DNA from: a virus
Taxonomy: Duplodnaviria; Caudoviricetes
Reading direction: 5' to 3' (one strand)
Virus record (IMG/VR): IMGVR_UViG_3300014204_000140
Span: 1 to 64,000 of that record
Length of the DNA stretch: 64,000 nucleotides
The notes under the pieces are model-generated. The model was not told the DNA's origin and searched no databases. It saw nothing but the letters and a program-made list of their open reading frames with translations. The stretch's first letter is position 1. Each line of letters opens with the position of its first letter. Shown piece by piece: positions 59,001 to 64,000 of this stretch. The position numbers were made by a program, and so were the translations under genes.

Positions 59001-62000
59001 GGAGTTAATAGACGTATTGACGAAGTATTAAAACAAGATGCTAATGAAATAAAATTAGGAGTAGTAGACAGTACTGAAAGAGCATGGACTGGGCAGGGTA
59101 ATGAGGATATGAAAGGTAAAGGAACCCCTGGTAATGTACTATTTGAAACTAACAAAACTTGCAACGGAGAAACTGGTACTATCAAATGTAATATATCTAA
59201 GTTATCTCCCGAACATGCTGCAATATTATGGGATGTATTAATTACTAGGTCTCATAGAGGAAGTGGTGGTAATCAAGCTGTATATAAAACTGAAGATGTT
59301 GAAGGATTAACTATTGGACAAGTATTAAAGTTATTAACTAATTTTGGTCCTAAAACTAATATTAATCATCCTAATAAAGTTGGTAAAGAATATCTTAAAA
59401 ATAAACAACTATTTATAGATAATAAACTTATTCTTCATTATGGAGAGAATACTGTAGATATACATGATATATTCAAGAATAGAATTAATATAACTCAGGA
59501 AAGAGAGAATTTTATTAATTGGGCTACTAAGAATAAAAATTATACTATTACTAAAGAGATTCCAGAATTAGGAATTGAACTTAATAAACCTATGAAGAAG
59601 AAATTTAAATTAGGTTCATGGGTTAGTGAAGGTAATGATAACTATAGTGGATTCTTAATTAAGAATGGGATAGTTCAAACTGATGTAGATGAATTTGAAA
59701 ATACAGGATCATTATATCATGCTCCTGTAACTATAATTGATATATCTGAATCAGGATATGAAGTTATTCCTGCTAAACCAATTATAAAGAAAGCTAAAGC
59801 TACTGCTAAAGAAATTGAAACTCAAAGTAACAAACCTTCTACAAATCCTAAGAATACCGGAACTACTAAAGTTACTTCTACTAAAACTGGAGAACTTACA
59901 GTATCTCCTACAGAAATAAATAAGTTAAAATCATTACCAATAGGAACTGATATATATCTTAATATACATAGTAAACTTGGAGTTGATGAAGATAAAGATA
60001 TAATTACTCCAGTATTAGTATTATCAGTTGTAGATAGTGGAGGAATTAAATCTTATCGACTTAAAGGTGCTAGATTAAGAACTGCATTTGGAATATCTAT
60101 TGAATCATTTCAACAAGATCCTGAGCCTATAATTGAAATTAGTGATCAATCTGTTAGTAAGATTAGTACTGTATTAACTAACTATAAAGACTATAGTATC
60201 AATGTACCTAAAGAAATTGAAACTAAGGAACCTGATATTAAGGAAGAATCTACAATTGAAGAATTTACTCCAGATATTAAAAAGTCTGATGTTATTACTG
60301 GGTATAGTGCTGATCCTATCACTGATATTAATTCTGGTAATGAAGCTCCGTTCAAGTTGGCTTATACAATTCCTCCTCATTATGAGATAATTGATATACA
60401 AAAAGAAACTAGATGGTTACGAGATAAATTAGGTAATATTCCAGTTGAGATAGTAAACGGATTAATATATATGTCCAAAGGTAATAGAATAGCTATTGGA
60501 CAAATGAAGAGAGATTCAATTGCATTATCTAATGTAGCAATGTCTAGTACTAGTTATCATGAAGCTTTTCATAGAGTATCATTATTATATTTAGATGAAG
60601 AAACTAGAGGTTCTATATATAACGAAGCTAGAAAAAGATATACACTTACTAACCAAACAGATAGTCAAGTTGAAGAAGTATTAGCTGAGAAGTTTAGAGA
60701 GTATGTAATTGATAGAGAAAGTGAATCTCCAAGACTTACATTTTTTGGTAAGATTGCAGAGTTCTTTAAAAACTTATATTTATTAGTTAAACATGTATTT
60801 ACTGGATCTAATAGATTAACTGATTTAGATATTGATAAATTATTTCAATCTATTCAAAGTGGTAAATTTAGATATAATAAACCATCTAAAGAAAACTTAG
60901 ATAGATTAGGATTTGGTACATATGAATTAGAATACAAAGATAGACAATTAAATAATGTTGTTAACTTTAAGATGTTTAGATCTTTAGTTAGAGGATTATC
61001 TAGTATTGTAATGAAAGATGTTAGTACTAAGTTATTTAGAGAATATACTCCGGATAATATAAATACTCTCAATCCTAATGAAGTGTTTGTATTTGGTAGT
61101 AATGCTGAAGGAGTTCATGGTAAAGGTGCAGCTTTGTTAGCTAAACAGAAGTTTGGAGCTGTACAAGGACAATCTGAAGGATTACAAGGACAATCTTATG
61201 CTATAATTACTAAAAAAGATTGGAGAGTTGAAAAATCATCTACTTTGCAAGAAATTCAAAGTGGATTAGAAAAGATGTTAAAGTTTGCAAGTAATAATCC
61301 AAGTAAGAAATTTTTAGTAACTAAATTAGGATCTTCTTTAGCAGGATATACAATAAATGAAATAAGACAAATATTTGAAAATCTTAAAACTCAAATTCCT
61401 AATAATGTAATATTACCAAAAGAATATGAACTTAGAGATCAAATATCTAAGTATACAGCAGTTGATGTAATTGATTCTATTCAGTCTATTAACTTTAACA
61501 GCTTAAAGAATAGAATTGAGAAATTAGTTGATGATTATAGTAAACATGCAGAGTATAGTAGTTGGATATTAAAGACAGTTGAGAAAGGGCAACTAACCCC
61601 TAAATTAGCCTCACAGTTGAAAGATATGTGCAAGGTGGACTCTATATCCAATCTTACATTAAAAGTTAACCACGGGCTTGAAAATGCCCTTAGATTGGCT
61701 GATTTATATCAGGAGGTTGTAGATAACTATGAAAACATATATAAAGATGCAATTGAGGAGTATATCTATAATGAGTTAGGAATTAGAAAGGTAAATAAAG
61801 AAGGAGAAGATAGAAAAGTAGATAATAGAGAGATAGCTAGATTTGATGAAGAATCTTACGAAAGATCTGCAAAAGATAGTATATCTAACTCTATTAAATT
61901 TTTAATATCAAATTTACATGAATCTACAGAAGTAGATCAATTAACTGGACTTTACAAATTTGTAGAGTTTGATGAGATATGGAGTAGATTAATGAATGAT

Positions 62001-62531
62001 ATTCATAGTCGAGATAATATTGAAGATATGATGAAAATTCTTGAATCTAAAGATTACTTTCCATATCAACAATTAGTTAAGAAATTAAAGAATGGTAGTG
62101 AACTTCTTAGAACTCAATTCTATACTTCTATTCATAGACATAGACATTCTTTTATCAATGTAATGTTTAGTGAGTTTAAAGAGAAAGGTAAATTACCAAA
62201 CTTTAATATGTATTTTACTGATGCGGATATTCAAAATGCTGCTAAGAATACAGTTAATACTTGGGGTGAAATATTTGCTTTATCTAATCTATTTGATGAG
62301 GATAAACTTGATCAAAAGAAATTAAATAAAATATTTGATAACTATAATCAATTAAAGAAAGATTATAAGACAGCTAATGATAACAATCCATTAGTTAATA
62401 CAACTGAATTTAAAGATAAATTAATATCTATTCTTAATGATATTCATATAGAAGTAGATAGTAAGACTATAGATGATCTTATATTTGATATTATAAAATC
62501 TGGTAAAACTGGTACAGAAGAAAAGCTTTAG
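56100..62531 (+). CDS. Giant virion protein, N-terminal part of the virion RNA polymerase polyprotein
   Basis: 2143 aa; Gly/Ala-rich hydrophobic N-region, zincin YHEAFH...EEVLAEKF, FVFGSN..G.HG.GAA domain. Confidence 0.8.
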   Translation: MPDKTFRDTDYYSGQIDPMTGLQLAQGIPESSSYDPMLGVWNTPHPTIQDTGAELTSKYDTSVQPFVDINRLRGERQSGFAQLGSAINQAVVGQVVGGTVEGIGYLLDFEQYANLAKGTEQEFGNWFSDIGKSLQTWTQEETPVYTTYEPGSFSPDHWSWWMNNVPSVASTLSLLIPAAGATRGLSMLGKAAKIGRELGVAERWAAKGITQAIVSRHMESMMDSNQTYNDVLNKSLSSGMSDEESKKKASIAASSVYKMEWASLAQDIPQYLLLNRSFSTASLENTIGIARKMGKTITPVIGKKTAAIGWDMLTEGGEEAFQYIAQKEGEYLANTTYDPSLKRLFSDRLDSYLADGDLWTQGFFGAVGAGVVQTTGHAINKAIMGNKDPRIEDIQSWGSQFSYWNQRMKEAQTDGDTNAERFTKDALWSTLGTKAATVGNARNAMDFLEAMKSPTQEELDRFGVDENDLKVFQSELPKGIEKIKRIEKIYNDNSKLYNPDKAQLVTYHQALLEDQINNRNRLESLSNQDRSMIPNLDILPPHVKDYLFHEVDSRLINKRIKFFEKALNRSETESEEAQYQKNIDKLKTQLSTVEAAKKDIESIGGFTKTTINNYLPQLESKAFEDYRRHTQELEYSRHAISDLQSDLERIKRDDFISTPEERTKYTQQAKEEQEENKVYQPSIDDMVVYTAPDESISLHKINEIDEEENATITPVDETGNPTGDPDIIVDRNNLTLFHKEGAEELDQPETINWDETPEVEKTLYDEPGRGLRDVSASISHSHWEPSQRKTIVRNKAFDIHVSTPSNDLKGDNVSFSIDTNVANVATDERYRKALEKTTKTVNDKINNGEKFTKVEINNIVNTIRLTNNEDRFNSLVDIIPIKISYKTKDNQIFDTGLYYHDTNFIHRLSGGGWNIVIPSDVEDVEVYIQSEREKVRKNRKILLTALLSGKEVILYNIGKTMGIPNNTGVNRRIDEVLKQDANEIKLGVVDSTERAWTGQGNEDMKGKGTPGNVLFETNKTCNGETGTIKCNISKLSPEHAAILWDVLITRSHRGSGGNQAVYKTEDVEGLTIGQVLKLLTNFGPKTNINHPNKVGKEYLKNKQLFIDNKLILHYGENTVDIHDIFKNRINITQERENFINWATKNKNYTITKEIPELGIELNKPMKKKFKLGSWVSEGNDNYSGFLIKNGIVQTDVDEFENTGSLYHAPVTIIDISESGYEVIPAKPIIKKAKATAKEIETQSNKPSTNPKNTGTTKVTSTKTGELTVSPTEINKLKSLPIGTDIYLNIHSKLGVDEDKDIITPVLVLSVVDSGGIKSYRLKGARLRTAFGISIESFQQDPEPIIEISDQSVSKISTVLTNYKDYSINVPKEIETKEPDIKEESTIEEFTPDIKKSDVITGYSADPITDINSGNEAPFKLAYTIPPHYEIIDIQKETRWLRDKLGNIPVEIVNGLIYMSKGNRIAIGQMKRDSIALSNVAMSSTSYHEAFHRVSLLYLDEETRGSIYNEARKRYTLTNQTDSQVEEVLAEKFREYVIDRESESPRLTFFGKIAEFFKNLYLLVKHVFTGSNRLTDLDIDKLFQSIQSGKFRYNKPSKENLDRLGFGTYELEYKDRQLNNVVNFKMFRSLVRGLSSIVMKDVSTKLFREYTPDNINTLNPNEVFVFGSNAEGVHGKGAALLAKQKFGAVQGQSEGLQGQSYAIITKKDWRVEKSSTLQEIQSGLEKMLKFASNNPSKKFLVTKLGSSLAGYTINEIRQIFENLKTQIPNNVILPKEYELRDQISKYTAVDVIDSIQSINFNSLKNRIEKLVDDYSKHAEYSSWILKTVEKGQLTPKLASQLKDMCKVDSISNLTLKVNHGLENALRLADLYQEVVDNYENIYKDAIEEYIYNELGIRKVNKEGEDRKVDNREIARFDEESYERSAKDSISNSIKFLISNLHESTEVDQLTGLYKFVEFDEIWSRLMNDIHSRDNIEDMMKILESKDYFPYQQLVKKLKNGSELLRTQFYTSIHRHRHSFINVMFSEFKEKGKLPNFNMYFTDADIQNAAKNTVNTWGEIFALSNLFDEDKLDQKKLNKIFDNYNQLKKDYKTANDNNPLVNTTEFKDKLISILNDIHIEVDSKTIDDLIFDIIKSGKTGTEEKL

Positions 62532-64000
62532 GAATTTTAATAGATAGAGATATATTCTATTTGTTTTCTAAGGATAGTACTTTATATAAATATGCTACTG
62601 GACAAAAGATAGAATCTAAGTCAAAAGGAGTACAATGGGAACCTAAAACTTTATTTAAAAATGAATCTGTAGTTAGTAAAATTGCTACATCATTTGCTAA
62701 GACTAATTATGAAAATATATCAGATAATGTTCCTGGAGCAGAGGGTAATAATCATCATGTATTTTCTGAAAATAGTTATGTTACTGATATAGTTCGTTAT
62801 TTAAAAACTAATGATAAATTTTTAGATGATAAATTTAAAGATGTTTATTCTAGATTTTCAGAATATCTTGATCAATTAAAAACTAATAAAGATATTAAAG
62901 ATGGTTTACAAGTTAAAACATTTAATGCTTTTATTAAGGATGGTACTCCTGATACAGGACGTAACTATATTGATATAACTCCAATTGAAGATTTTTTATA
63001 CAAACTTAATTTAATTAGATCTGGATATTTTGTATTCCCTACTATGGCTAGTAGAAGAACATACTACATGTTAAAAGGTCTTAAAAGGATAGAACTTAAG
63101 TATCAGAAAGAAGGAGATAATTTAGTAATACCAGATGAAATAATTGATGTATTTTATAAGTATGCATTAGCTGAGAAAAATAGAATATATAATGCATGGA
63201 GGACTCTTGAGAAGTATAGTGATCTTGATGAGAATGGTAATATTATAAAAGTAAACGATTTTACAAATCTTGTTGAAAATTATCATTATGTTACAGAAGG
63301 TAAGGTTAAGAACTGGCATAAAGGATTAGCTTATAAATATCAACATATGTTTAATTCTTTCAATAAGAAAGGATTTGTATTTGATGAAGTATCTGTTAAG
63401 AATAGTATAAGGAATATCTTACAAAATGATATTAATGAAACTATTGAATTTGCTAGAAATAATGATATAGTAAGATTTGATAAAGGTAAATTATCATCTG
63501 TTCTTGTTGACAATGGAATGGTAACTGAACTTGCTAAAGAATACGCTGGAGATAAAGATAATGCTTTAAGATCAATATTAGCTGATTATACTATTAATAC
63601 TAAGATATCATCTATTGAAACTATGATGATATTTATGGGTGATGTAGCTTTCTATAAACCAGATAACTCAGGTAATCCAGCAGAAGATTATGCAAAACGT
63701 TTATCAGTATTAACTTCTAGTGGATCTACTCCAAGGGAGATTATTCCTATTGAATACGAAAGTCCAGTATATAACGTAACTACATTAACTGAACAGAAAA
63801 TACCAAGTATATACTACGAAGCAATTAGAAAAGTACAAAAGAGGTTATTACTTCCTAAGTATAATAATGATGAAGTTTTAGTTGATAGGATACTTGATAA
63901 AGTTCTTAGAGACTATACTAAGGTTTCTCCTACTGATGCTCAGGTTTTAATAACTCCTGATATGTTTAAAGGAGATTCAATACGTAGAGGTAAATGGTCT
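62522..64000 (+). CDS. Continuation in the -1 frame: virion RNA polymerase domain (partial, open to window end)
   Basis: Manually translated, no stop from 62507 to 64000; contains FMGDVAFYK...DYAKR...SSG and TDAQVLIT...GKW, recalled as crAss-like/phi14:2 gp66-type RNAP motifs. Confidence 0.75.

Noticed and set aside
1-64000. Stop-codon reassignment (TAG or TGA), known in some crAss-like phages
   Set aside because: Long genes are intact in the standard code, TAG ends MCP and a fibre gene at sensible positions, and no suppressor tRNA was seen. Reading through TAG 62529 hits TAA two codons later.

Overview
The window is a very AT-rich segment of a lytic podovirus-like phage genome of crAss-like (Crassvirales) type, probably infecting Bacteroidota, read in the standard genetic code. 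The left arm (1 to ~14.3 kb) is transcribed leftwards and carries mostly small unknown genes, a degenerate acyl-CoA-synthetase-like gene, a putative outer-membrane beta-barrel and a tRNA-Lys(UUU). Its intergenic DNA is unusually structured: a ~1.2 kb ORF-free folded region, a twister-ribozyme-like core, and long stems between successive genes. A G-rich island at ~14.3 kb marks the strand switch. The right arm holds the crAss-type virion module: TerL, portal, scaffold-like protein, major capsid, ring proteins, auxiliary capsid protein, a glycosyltransferase/methyltransferase pair, fibres, lysis genes, IHF-like protein, muzzle, cargo proteins and a giant virion RNA polymerase polyprotein whose polymerase-like part continues in the -1 frame at ~62.52 kb. 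A bipartite GTAAC-N16/17-CGTA motif, like an ECF-sigma promoter, recurs before right-arm gene blocks. The best candidates for a new system are (i) a promoter + ~330-nt folded RNA + DUF559 nuclease + terminator cassette at 15.3-16.26 kb, (ii) the 1.2-kb structured RNA, and (iii) the ribozyme/stem-based RNA processing layer of the left arm. All calls come from reading motifs and base-pairing by eye; no searches or folding programs were run.
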